The notes under the pieces are model-generated. The model saw nothing but the letters and a program-made list of their open reading frames with translations. It ran no database searches and had not been told where the DNA came from. Of a stretch of DNA of 64,000 bases, positions 9,489 to 18,962 are shown piece after piece. This DNA comes from an uncultured virus (IMG/VR IMGVR_UViG_3300034101_003746) (Duplodnaviria; Heunggongvirae; Uroviricota; Caudoviricetes). The translations under genes and the position numbers were made by a program. The stretch's first letter is position 1. Each line of letters begins with the position of its first letter. The DNA is taken from the IMG/VR virus record IMGVR_UViG_3300034101_003746; one strand, 5' to 3'.

Positions 9489-10339
9489 AGCATACTCTTT
9501 ATTATATCTATAAGATTGTATTGCGGTCTATACAAATCATACATTTTAGCACAGTTTGGTTTTCGATATATAATATCACGGTGTTTATCAGAAAAACAAT
9601 CAGAATACTGAGCATGATTTATTTTTACTGATGAGTTAGAAATGTCTATACACAGTTTAGCAAGTTCATTTATTGAAATATAATTTTCACTATTTCCAAC
9701 ATTATATATTTCTCCGTTAAATTCATGACTATTTAGTATATCTAAAAAGGCAATAAGATCACGAATATCACAAAACGATCGAACTTGATTTCCATTTCCA
9801 TGAATACAAATATCAGACCCACTACGAATACTATTCATAAAGGAAAATAACACTCCTTTACGATCATACGCTCCACAAATATTAAACGGTCGTATAATTA
9901 TGGATTGTGGACATAAGCTTTTACACAAAAATTCAGAAGTTAATTTACCGCTAGCATAACCCCATCTAGGAATATTAGGAGAACCTATTGTTAAATTATC
10001 ATTTTCTGACGCTCCATCACAATCTTTATAAACTTCTGAACTACTAAAAAATACAATTTTTTTATTATATTTTTTAACCAAATTAAATACTTTAAGATTC
10101 ATTTTTATCATATCATTTAAAAAAGAATCTTGATGACGATCAATAAGATCAATACCTACAGGACTTGCTGCATGATACACGACATCACAGTTTGCTATCG
10201 ACCATTCTAATGTGTACGAATCAGAGCAAAGATCTACTCCAGATTTTTTGTCTAAAGAAGTAATATCATGAATGTTTGACCAGGTTTCTACGCAAGCGCG
10301 GCCAATAAATCCATCACCCCCAGTAATCAATATTTTCAT
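9485..10339 (-). CDS. NAD-dependent NDP-sugar epimerase/dehydratase (UDP-GlcA decarboxylase-like extended SDR)
   Basis: TGGDGFIG, SSSEVY, PRWGYASGK, RPFN, QVRSFC. Confidence 0.85.
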   Translation of the reverse strand: MKILITGGDGFIGRACVETWSNIHDITSLDKKSGVDLCSDSYTLEWSIANCDVVYHAASPVGIDLIDRHQDSFLNDMIKMNLKVFNLVKKYNKKIVFFSSSEVYKDCDGASENDNLTIGSPNIPRWGYASGKLTSEFLCKSLCPQSIIIRPFNICGAYDRKGVLFSFMNSIRSGSDICIHGNGNQVRSFCDIRDLIAFLDILNSHEFNGEIYNVGNSENYISINELAKLCIDISNSSVKINHAQYSDCFSDKHRDIIYRKPNCAKMYDLYRPQYNLIDIIKSML

Positions 10340-11184
10340 ATCTTATGTGGTAAATTTTTATAATCGTCAGTACAGTATATAGGTTTTTCGTGAATATATA
10401 TTCTATCAGTATTAATAACTTTTAGCAAATCGCTATAATATTCTAGTGTATGATTAAACATTTTATGTGATCCACTATAATCAGTTCTTAATATATAGTA
10501 TGCAGAAAATTCTTCATGCTTATCAATATGATACCAACAAATATTAGGTATAAAATGATTCGGAGGCCATAAATCTTCTATATCTATATTTTTAAATTTT
10601 CCAGTTTTTCTGTTAACCATTACGTTATAATTATGACAATCGATTGTTATACATAACTCTAAATCTTTTATATATGAATAATAACTATCTAAAACAGTGA
10701 AATATCTATCTGTCGATCTTTCGCGAGGAGTAGTTGGTCTCCATTCTGATGAATCAAAATATTCTACTTCTAAAAAATTATCAGTTTCAGACAAAATGTT
10801 TGGTAGAAAATCATGATTGCAACAATATTTAAAGCAATCTAATATTTTATGATATGTTATTTCATTGAAAATATATGGATATATGTCTTCGTTATATTTG
10901 TTTTTAAAATTTTCATACTCAAACGAATATATTTTATCTAATTCTTGATGATTTTTATTTAGTGAAGTATTTTGAAGATTTGCATTAAGTGTCCATCTTG
11001 TTTTGTCAAAAATATATTTTTTAATTATAAATTTACGTTTAGTATGCGGTTCAAAAACAATATATCTAGATAAAAATACCCAACTATCTATTTTTAATTC
11101 ATTTTTTATCAACGTGTCATATTCATTGGTATGATGATATTCTTTATTTGTATAATTATGAAAATTATCCTTTATATTTTTCAT
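10336..11184 (-). CDS. Putative phosphotransferase (protein-kinase-like fold)
   Basis: IIKKY, LPNIL..ETDNFLEVEY, DCHNYN (DxxxxN loop), NIDIE (DFG-equivalent). Confidence 0.55.
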   Translation of the reverse strand: MKNIKDNFHNYTNKEYHHTNEYDTLIKNELKIDSWVFLSRYIVFEPHTKRKFIIKKYIFDKTRWTLNANLQNTSLNKNHQELDKIYSFEYENFKNKYNEDIYPYIFNEITYHKILDCFKYCCNHDFLPNILSETDNFLEVEYFDSSEWRPTTPRERSTDRYFTVLDSYYSYIKDLELCITIDCHNYNVMVNRKTGKFKNIDIEDLWPPNHFIPNICWYHIDKHEEFSAYYILRTDYSGSHKMFNHTLEYYSDLLKVINTDRIYIHEKPIYCTDDYKNLPHKI

Positions 11185-11743
11185 GTATTTCTTTTATAGT
11201 GTCAGATTGAATATTATTATAATTATATATAATGTTTTTATGATTTAATGCAGTTATAGTCTGTTCCAAAAATGATGTTAAAGTTATATATTCTATTACG
11301 TTAGACATATCATTTTTTGAGACGTGACCCAAATGTAACTTTTTCATAAGTCCTTTTTTACGACTCTTATCGTAGACTCGTGGAATTCGCAATATAATAT
11401 AATCGTCATAGTTATCGATTATATATTGTTCCATTAACAGTTTGCTATAGCAATAGACATTATTAGGATTTTCTACTCCAACTGTACTTGCAAATATAAA
11501 CTTTGCATGATTTCGTTTTGCTACTCGTAACATGTTATGAGTACCGTTTACTATAGTATCTAGCGTTTTGTCAGCATCTTTAAAATCGTAGTCATCACTT
11601 GGCCCAGCAAAATGGTACACTGCACCAATATAATCAATGTTATAGTAGTGCAATACGTTTCCATAGTCTAAAGCGTTGGGCAAATATTTGCATAAATGAC
11701 CGCATAAAAAACCGTGTGATCCCGTTACTAAATTTATTTCCAT
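11165..11743 (-). CDS. Short NAD-dependent epimerase/reductase (SDR)
   Basis: LVTGSHGFL, IFAST, YCYSK; start placed at ATG 11743 (MEINLV), which overlaps the upstream stop. Confidence 0.75.
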   Translation of the reverse strand: MEINLVTGSHGFLCGHLCKYLPNALDYGNVLHYYNIDYIGAVYHFAGPSDDYDFKDADKTLDTIVNGTHNMLRVAKRNHAKFIFASTVGVENPNNVYCYSKLLMEQYIIDNYDDYIILRIPRVYDKSRKKGLMKKLHLGHVSKNDMSNVIEYITLTSFLEQTITALNHKNIIYNYNNIQSDTIKEIHEKYKG

Positions 11744-12213
11744 ACACAATTGTCCCAACCCAAACGTATAAAATTCGTTTGCTTATTTCGTATACACTGC
11801 TTTAATGTACGTATAAACTGCTGACATGTTTGCGGTTCATATTTATTTATGCTTAATGCATCCATAAGAGCATAATCATCGTCAGGAATATGACCTATTC
11901 CACACTTGTTATAACATCCATTAGCTCCAGCATTTACCAATATAACACTCTTACCAAAGTGAGTTACACTAAATTTCAACTGTTCATAAGCCCGTTGATA
12001 AACAAATCCTGCAACTCCATAGACGATTACAATTTTACCTTGGCTTGCAAGTCCTCCAGCAATATTAATCATATTCGTTTCTTGAACACCAATGTTAAGA
12101 CACCGTTGTGGATATTTGGCTTTAAATCGAGGAAAACTCCACATATCAGCATGTAAAAAATACAGATCGGGATTGTTATAACGACTTAAAAAAATATCTA
12201 AGGCTCTTCTCAT
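11734..12213 (-). CDS. Transketolase-like pyrimidine-binding subunit (no C-terminal domain)
   Basis: NIGVQETNMINIAGGLASQG, RAYEQLK, FIRL; 159 aa. Confidence 0.85.
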   Translation of the reverse strand: MRRALDIFLSRYNNPDLYFLHADMWSFPRFKAKYPQRCLNIGVQETNMINIAGGLASQGKIVIVYGVAGFVYQRAYEQLKFSVTHFGKSVILVNAGANGCYNKCGIGHIPDDDYALMDALSINKYEPQTCQQFIRTLKQCIRNKQTNFIRLGWDNCVWK

Positions 12214-12893
12214 ACTAATAATTTATAATGCCAAGATACTGGATCAGATTCCATGTAATCTACTCCCTTTCCTTTTATAGTGTGACAAAAATAAACAGTT
12301 GGTTTATTTCTTGTATGAATACTATCAAATGCTAACCGTAATTTATTTTTATCGTGACCATCTACTTCAATAACTTGCCAATCATAGTCTCTAAACAGAT
12401 TTATAATTGGTTTTATGCAAATTATATCATCAGTTTTTCCTGTTACTTGCATTTGATTATAGTCAACTGTAACTACAATATTCTTCAATTGATTTGCACC
12501 TATATATGCAATTGCTTCAAGAGTTGAACCCATTTGAAGTGATGCATCACTTAGATTAACATACACTATTGTGTCAGATTCTGCAATGGCAATTCCAGAT
12601 GCTACTCCTAATGCATTGCCCATAGTTTCTTCACTGAAATCAACAAATGGAATTTCAATATGTTTAACTCCTATAGAAAGATTTTCAATATCTTTTAAAT
12701 ATTCACACTCCTTCCATACTAAATAATAAGCCTGAGACCCAAATGGTTTTCCCAATATAATTTTATCTTTAAATGGAATTATATATTTCTCAGAGAATAA
12801 TATATTAATATAGTCAAGCATAGATAATGCTGACGGTATATGAGATATACCGTTGACTTTAGAAAAATCAATTAGTTTATGTGTCATATACAT
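12210..12893 (-). CDS. Transketolase-like N-terminal ThDP-binding subunit
   Basis: SHIPSALS, MGNALGVASGIA, SDAS...VDYNQMQ, VDGHD, HTIKGKGV, WH; start at 12893 or 12887 more likely than 12911. Confidence 0.85.
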   Translation of the reverse strand: MYMTHKLIDFSKVNGISHIPSALSMLDYINILFSEKYIIPFKDKIILGKPFGSQAYYLVWKECEYLKDIENLSIGVKHIEIPFVDFSEETMGNALGVASGIAIAESDTIVYVNLSDASLQMGSTLEAIAYIGANQLKNIVVTVDYNQMQVTGKTDDIICIKPIINLFRDYDWQVIEVDGHDKNKLRLAFDSIHTRNKPTVYFCHTIKGKGVDYMESDPVSWHYKLLV

Positions 12894-13800
12894 CAACTGG
12901 ATCGGTTGCACAAATATTACATTCTTTATGTTTACACAAAGAATTAGAAATGCCTAAATTTTCAACATATTCATTTGATACTTCAGTTAACAATTTTACA
13001 TTACTATCGCGAAAGTTTTTTTGTGGAAACTGATATATATCATTGATACATTTAACAACTCTTCCAGAAGGCATAATCGCTATTAAATTATCTAAATGAC
13101 ATAGAGTACCAGTAAAGCTAAAATTTTTATTTCGGATTCTATCCACAATGTGTGCTCCTCTGACAAAATATGGCATACTTTTTAAAATATTTAACTCTAA
13201 ATCTGTTAAATCGGCTAATAGCGGACAATTGCCTTCATTATCTAAAATTAAATGATATTCTAAATTATTAATTTTATTTTTTAAAAATTTGAATTGCCAA
13301 ATGTTTTTCTTAGTATTCATCATAATCATTGGTATAAATTTACTATTAATTTTAGAATTCAATAATTGATAATGAGAATGTATTTGTTCATTAGTACTTA
13401 AATATTCGGTATGTATTGACCAACGAACACTATATGGTATTTTATAATATTCAAATAAATCTTGATATTTATCAAGTTGAGTAAATACTGATTTATAATT
13501 ATTTTTTGAATCAAACGCAAATGAAGATAATAATTCAAAATTTATATTATCGCGTCTTTCAATATGATCAAAAATATATTTAATCTGGTTGAAAATTAAA
13601 AGAGGTTCTCCCCATCCGCTTCCAAATTCTACGTAATAACCTCTATCTATTAGATAGTTTATTAAATTTACTATTCTATCTAATAATATATTATTTTTAT
13701 ATCTTTTATTGTCTTCTTCTGAAGAAAAATTCATACAGCAATATGAACAATTCAGTGGGCATACGTTAGTTAGAGCTATTTGAAGTACTATTTTTTTCAT
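12877..13800 (-). CDS. Radical SAM enzyme with C-terminal Cys-rich (twitch/SPASM-like) domain
   Basis: CPLNCSYC, WGEPLL, SIHTE, FTGTLC...GRVVKC...CKHKECNIC. Confidence 0.9.
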   Translation of the reverse strand: MKKIVLQIALTNVCPLNCSYCCMNFSSEEDNKRYKNNILLDRIVNLINYLIDRGYYVEFGSGWGEPLLIFNQIKYIFDHIERRDNINFELLSSFAFDSKNNYKSVFTQLDKYQDLFEYYKIPYSVRWSIHTEYLSTNEQIHSHYQLLNSKINSKFIPMIMMNTKKNIWQFKFLKNKINNLEYHLILDNEGNCPLLADLTDLELNILKSMPYFVRGAHIVDRIRNKNFSFTGTLCHLDNLIAIMPSGRVVKCINDIYQFPQKNFRDSNVKLLTEVSNEYVENLGISNSLCKHKECNICATDPVDVYDT

Positions 13801-14729
13801 TTGTAATCTATTCTTAACATTTGTCCAGATTCGTCATCTAATGGCCCACGAGACGTATGATTAATATTAATATTATTATCAAGTAGAAATTTATTTATAT
13901 ACTCAATATGAGAAATGTGATATGCGTATTGATTAAATCCTCCATAATTATATATTAAAGGATATTGAGGGTTTAAAATATCTTCTTTATTAAAATAACA
14001 TAAATGTGCAATATTTGTGTTAACAAACTCAAATTTATATTTTGTTGTTAATTTATACAAACTGGCTTCTAACACAAGATTTAGCATTGTCATGTAAATA
14101 TAATCATCTTTCAATTTAGAAACAATACAACCATTAATTTTATTAGTTAACATCAATATAGTATCTAACCAGTGTTGCCAAAAATTTGATTGTGTATTAT
14201 GTAATATAAACCATCCCGAAGGAAAATAATTAAACCAATCAGTGTTGTCAATTAAGCTATAAAATTTTTTCGCTTCATTTCGGTATTTCGCTTCTAAATT
14301 GATAGAATTTTTATTAGCTGTGCTTAAAACATTTTGACTGCTAGGACAAAAATATGATGAAGTATATTTTTCAAGTATTGAATATAAATCTCCAAAACAA
14401 ACTGCATCATTATCTAAATATAATATAAAATCTTCTGTAACATATTTTTTAGCAAATAAAAGAGATTTTGGTTTTATAATATCAATAAATATGTTTTCTT
14501 TACAATCTTTTACTTCGTTATGAAGTTCTGGGCAGTTAATATGTTTTATATTATATTTTTCAATGTGTTTATGTGTTTTTTCCCCTATAGAATAGCGAGA
14601 CGGTGTCACTGCATATATTTTAATAGTTGGATTATATTTACGAATGGTATATGTCAATAAACGAAACTGATCCTCATAAGACAAAATTCCTTCTACTATA
14701 AGTACTATAGCTAAACTTTTATTATTCAT
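13797..14729 (-). CDS. Putative glycosyltransferase, GT-A fold (GT8-like)
   Basis: ILYLDND (DxD), YFPSGWFI; context. Confidence 0.55.
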   Translation of the reverse strand: MNNKSLAIVLIVEGILSYEDQFRLLTYTIRKYNPTIKIYAVTPSRYSIGEKTHKHIEKYNIKHINCPELHNEVKDCKENIFIDIIKPKSLLFAKKYVTEDFILYLDNDAVCFGDLYSILEKYTSSYFCPSSQNVLSTANKNSINLEAKYRNEAKKFYSLIDNTDWFNYFPSGWFILHNTQSNFWQHWLDTILMLTNKINGCIVSKLKDDYIYMTMLNLVLEASLYKLTTKYKFEFVNTNIAHLCYFNKEDILNPQYPLIYNYGGFNQYAYHISHIEYINKFLLDNNININHTSRGPLDDESGQMLRIDYK

Positions 14730-15494
14730 ATGTCTATATTAGATAAATTAAAAAAAGAATTGTTCGAAACATATAGTATCTATCATTTTAGAATAAAGGA
14801 AAATAATATTACTGATAAATATCTCTACTTAATAGAAATAAATGGTTTACTATTAAAAGTTTTTTATAAACCAGAAATTTTTTATCTACAAGAAACTATA
14901 GACTGGTTAAAAAATGAATTAAAATTAAACATTAATGATGTATATTATTTAAAAATATTATTAGAAAAATACGATAATTTTTATACTGATGGAATAAAAA
15001 AATATAATTTTATTTCTCAAATAAAATATGAAACAGACAATTTTTATTTAGTAGAATATTTTTTAAATTATATTCCACTAGAATATAAACATTTTTTACT
15101 AGAAGATAAAAGTAAATATATAAAATATCTATTAACAAATAGAAGTAATATAGATTGTATTAAAAATTCTAAATTGTATAAAGATATATCAAATTCTATT
15201 TTAAATTTAATAGAAAAAGAAACAATAAATGATAAAAAATTTACTAAAGAATTTTATTATTATTTAAAAAAAGCTAGTAATAATTTTAATGGCCATCAAT
15301 GGCCATTGAATGGAAACATAACTATAATTCCAAATATTCCAGATATTATTAACTTAATTAATAATATTAATTTTAATAAAGTTTTTAATAATGTTATGGT
15401 TAAAATTGAAAATAACGAAATTGTTAGCTGGAAAATAACTAGTATTCAATTTGCGTTTATGCCATTTCCTACAGATATTATTTATGAATTATAA
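14719..15494. repeat. Imperfect inverted repeats bracketing the antisense gene
   Basis: 14719-14730 TTATTATTCATA versus reverse complement of 15483-15494 TTATAATTCATA (11/12; perfect core ATTCATA). Confidence 0.55.
14730..15494 (+). CDS. Kinase-fold protein paralogous to 10336..11184, apparently lacking catalytic Asp residues; antisense to the operon
   Basis: Shares ETDNFxxVEYF and NVMV motifs; 254-aa ORF in very AT-rich DNA. Confidence 0.65.
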   Translation: MSILDKLKKELFETYSIYHFRIKENNITDKYLYLIEINGLLLKVFYKPEIFYLQETIDWLKNELKLNINDVYYLKILLEKYDNFYTDGIKKYNFISQIKYETDNFYLVEYFLNYIPLEYKHFLLEDKSKYIKYLLTNRSNIDCIKNSKLYKDISNSILNLIEKETINDKKFTKEFYYYLKKASNNFNGHQWPLNGNITIIPNIPDIINLINNINFNKVFNNVMVKIENNEIVSWKITSIQFAFMPFPTDIIYEL

Positions 15495-16414
15495 TTAATC
15501 ATTTTTTTAGGATATTCTATATCAGCGCAACACATTTTATGACTACATTGACAAGATCCTCTTTTCCATTCGTCATATATAAATTCTCGGTTTGCTACCA
15601 AATCAAAACAACAGTTGAAAAATTTATTTTTTGTAGTCGAAAAGGTTATAGCATATTTAGGAATACTACAATTTATTCCATATACGCCTCGTTCATAGTT
15701 ATTCAATAAAGCGTCTCCAATTGTCATTTCAACGTCATCTATTCTTATTATTGGAGTCATCCGTTTACTATATTGCATCAAATTTAATTCGTTAAACTCA
15801 TGCAATTCGAGTTTTTTATTCCATTCTTCTTCATCAAATGAATGAGGTAAAGTAGGTTCAAGCGAAACATTATCAAATAAAGAGTTTAAAATTTTAAATC
15901 TATTATATGATAAGGTAGCGAATCTTTTAGTCCACATATAATGAATTCCTCCATAATATCCAGATTCGACTAAAAAATTATTTTTATCTATGAATGATTT
16001 AAAATCTGCAAATTCGTTGTGAAACGAAGAAAAAAATCTAACTCTCAAATCGCTTTCTCGCAATTTCTTTATTATTTTTCGTATATTTGTAGAAAGATTT
16101 GTCTGTATATCAATATCATATATCTGATGTTCATTTAATTTTTCTATCAACTCAAACAGATTTTTATCGAGAGTCGGTTCTCCTCCCAATATAAAAGCTC
16201 GTGTATTCGATGGATATTCTACACTAAAGAGTTTAGAGTAGTCTATTTTATTATATCGATTCATGTCATGAAGATTGCAATACGAACAGTTATAATTGCA
16301 TACTTCTGTTAGATGTATCTCTAGAGTAAACCCAAAATTAGAAATAGACGACTCAATAGAACTATATTTTAAATTTTTCATTAGTAAGTAATCCTTGACA
16401 CATACAGCGTTCAA
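15482..16414 (-). CDS. Radical SAM enzyme with C-terminal Cys-rich domain
   Basis: CNYNCSYC, LGGEPTL, QTNLS, SFH, C...CC...CQCSHKMCC; true start probably the internal MKNLKY. Confidence 0.9.
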   Translation of the reverse strand: MNAVCVKDYLLMKNLKYSSIESSISNFGFTLEIHLTEVCNYNCSYCNLHDMNRYNKIDYSKLFSVEYPSNTRAFILGGEPTLDKNLFELIEKLNEHQIYDIDIQTNLSTNIRKIIKKLRESDLRVRFFSSFHNEFADFKSFIDKNNFLVESGYYGGIHYMWTKRFATLSYNRFKILNSLFDNVSLEPTLPHSFDEEEWNKKLELHEFNELNLMQYSKRMTPIIRIDDVEMTIGDALLNNYERGVYGINCSIPKYAITFSTTKNKFFNCCFDLVANREFIYDEWKRGSCQCSHKMCCADIEYPKKMINYNS

Positions 16415-17321
16415 GCGGACATATCATATATTCACCAGTTTGCAAATTATCGCACATTCTCATAATTTTTGCATTATTTGAACCTTCAACGACATAATTA
16501 TTCTGCAAACATTTCCAACCTTTAAATTTATTTAAATCATTTAGATAGACGTCTATATCATTTAACAAAATATAGTCTGTATCTAGTGTTAAATTTTGTA
16601 ATGATTGATTTCCTGGAATATTTCTTTCCAATTGTTTTTTTGAGAAATACAAATATTTTTCAAATTTGTCACTGTATTTAGCTATCCACTGTTTATATTT
16701 TTCAGACTTATTTAGATAGTCACTGCTATCTTTTGGTGTATACAACACGTTTGGTTTCATGTGTATATTATTGTCATGACAGAAATTTACTATATGTGAA
16801 ATTTTGTCGTCCCAAGCATGACCTACTAATAAGACGTGAACGAGTACGTTATAACCTTGTTTTTTTGCATATAATATTTTACTAGTATAATCATCGAGAT
16901 CATTTGTTTCAGACGGATGAAAAGAAAAATTAAACCAAAACTTTTTAAACTGTGAATGGCGGTCAATCCATTTATAATTTACCATCTTACCGCAATTACT
17001 CAATACAGCACTACATTTTAAATGATCAATTTTTTCTAATTCGCGTAAAACATAGAAATATAACGGATGCATCGATGGTTCTCCACCCAATAAAATAACT
17101 TCTAATGGCTTATTGATATTTTTTAACTGTTCGAGTATATTATCTAATATTGGTTTTGATGACAGTTCATTCCATTTTAACTGTTCACGTGCATAGCAAT
17201 AAAAACAATTTTTATCACATATAGTATTGATATCCCAGTGCAAGCGAAAGGAATGTGATAAACCATAAGAACCAGATGCCGGTTCTTTACTTGGTATTCT
17301 AAATTGTTCGATATATTCCAT
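16362..17321 (-). CDS. Radical SAM enzyme with C-terminal Cys-rich domain
   Basis: CDKNCFYC, LGGEPSMHP, SFHP, FKGWKC...C...ICPLERCMC. Confidence 0.9.
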   Translation of the reverse strand: MEYIEQFRIPSKEPASGSYGLSHSFRLHWDINTICDKNCFYCYAREQLKWNELSSKPILDNILEQLKNINKPLEVILLGGEPSMHPLYFYVLRELEKIDHLKCSAVLSNCGKMVNYKWIDRHSQFKKFWFNFSFHPSETNDLDDYTSKILYAKKQGYNVLVHVLLVGHAWDDKISHIVNFCHDNNIHMKPNVLYTPKDSSDYLNKSEKYKQWIAKYSDKFEKYLYFSKKQLERNIPGNQSLQNLTLDTDYILLNDIDVYLNDLNKFKGWKCLQNNYVVEGSNNAKIMRMCDNLQTGEYMICPLERCMCQGLLTNEKFKI

Positions 17322-17322
17322 A

Positions 17323-17943
17323 CTAAAAACTAATATTATCTCCTCCGTGAGTGGTTTGTACCCATAATTTTTTAGGGATATAATTAAATGATTGCGCGTT
17401 TTTACTTATATTCTTAAAAAGTATCAAATCGTTTTCAACGTTGTTACCTATTGGAAATTGTTTTAATATTTTCTTCTTAAATCCACATAACTGCGATAAT
17501 TGAAAATATTCGACATTTGAATTATTTACAAATTGTTTTACATCTGTGCAAGATGCGTATTTTCTATTAATTTTTTGATTATAGATGGCGTCTTGTACAT
17601 TTTCATTAATATGCGGTAAACTTATATATTCACAAAAGTTAACATCAACTGTAAAATCAATATGTTTAAAAAAATCAGGGAGAAGATAGTCATCATCTTC
17701 TAGATAAAAAATATATGGATATTTTGCTGCATCAAACAGACATTTGTAAACTAAAGATAAATCTGAATATCGGTTATAGAAATATTTGATATGGATTTTA
17801 TCATGATATATTTCTTCTATATCGCAACTATCGTTATTAACTAAAATTTCATATTCGACTTCAGTATTTTGATTTAAAATACTATTGATACATCTCTTAA
17901 ATAAGAGAGGTCGGTTATGTGTTGGTATCAATATGCTTATCAT
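17323..17943 (-). CDS. Glycosyltransferase family 2
   Basis: MISILIPTHNRP, ILVNND, YLEDDDY. Confidence 0.85.
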   Translation of the reverse strand: MISILIPTHNRPLLFKRCINSILNQNTEVEYEILVNNDSCDIEEIYHDKIHIKYFYNRYSDLSLVYKCLFDAAKYPYIFYLEDDDYLLPDFFKHIDFTVDVNFCEYISLPHINENVQDAIYNQKINRKYASCTDVKQFVNNSNVEYFQLSQLCGFKKKILKQFPIGNNVENDLILFKNISKNAQSFNYIPKKLWVQTTHGGDNISF

Positions 17944-18962
17944 AGTATTTTTCTATGATCAAGACCATCATAGCATGCATTATTTAAGCATCTAACATAT
18001 CTATTTAAATACGTTTTTATATCAATATCTAATAGATTCGTAATATTTCTATTGTTATAAAAATCATCGTTACAATGATATACCTTTAAATTATGATCAA
18101 TAACCATATTTTTAACTCCACATTCACATTTCATAAACTTAAATTTCATATGAATATTGTATGCAGACACTTCAGAAAAATTAAAAATCTGATCATTTAC
18201 TTTAAAGTCCCATGCTTTTTCAAAATATTGTCGTAATTCTGGATAATATTTTAACCAATATCTAAATTCTAAACTTTTACCATGGTCATCTCCAAGTAGA
18301 TATGGATCCTTTATATATTCTGCGTATTCTGGAATATTTCTATATTGTAAGTTATAGATTTCAGTAAATCGCATCTTTAATTTGGATGGATATGCTTCAA
18401 TAATTGCTCTAATTTCTTCTAATGTTTGTTCTTTATGCAGCAATTCAGTACTAAAAAAACAAAAACCTAAAGCATTATAACGATTGCATATATGCATCTT
18501 TTCTATAAATTCATGCACACTTTGCTTATTTAAATGATAGCTACTGCATATATCAATTTTATGAGAATCTGATTTTATCGAATTTATTTGCTGTAAAAAC
18601 TGTTCTAAGCGTTTTGCTCCAATACTAAGATTTGTTTGTGTTTGTATAAAAAGCTCTCTATCATGGAATATTTCAACAAGTCTATAATTTAAATATTCCC
18701 AATGTTTACTAAGTGTTGGTTCACCACCGTAAAAATAGAAAAATATACGTTTCTTATTAGATGGTATATCTGTTAACTTTTCAAGTACCTGATCACACTG
18801 TTCTTTTGTCCATGATTTTGTAGAGTTATCATATTCTGTACAAAACCAACATTGATGATTGCATTTAAATGACGGCTTTAATGTAACCTTCAAATCATAA
18901 TCAAACCAATCTGGATGTGGTATAATTTCAAATGATTTTACTTTATCATTAAAGCCTGTCAT
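17940..18962 (-). CDS. Radical SAM enzyme with C-terminal Cys-rich domain
   Basis: CNHQCWFC, YGGEPTL, QTNLS, SYH, FKFMKCECG...YHC...CLNNAC. Confidence 0.9.
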   Translation of the reverse strand: MTGFNDKVKSFEIIPHPDWFDYDLKVTLKPSFKCNHQCWFCTEYDNSTKSWTKEQCDQVLEKLTDIPSNKKRIFFYFYGGEPTLSKHWEYLNYRLVEIFHDRELFIQTQTNLSIGAKRLEQFLQQINSIKSDSHKIDICSSYHLNKQSVHEFIEKMHICNRYNALGFCFFSTELLHKEQTLEEIRAIIEAYPSKLKMRFTEIYNLQYRNIPEYAEYIKDPYLLGDDHGKSLEFRYWLKYYPELRQYFEKAWDFKVNDQIFNFSEVSAYNIHMKFKFMKCECGVKNMVIDHNLKVYHCNDDFYNNRNITNLLDIDIKTYLNRYVRCLNNACYDGLDHRKIL

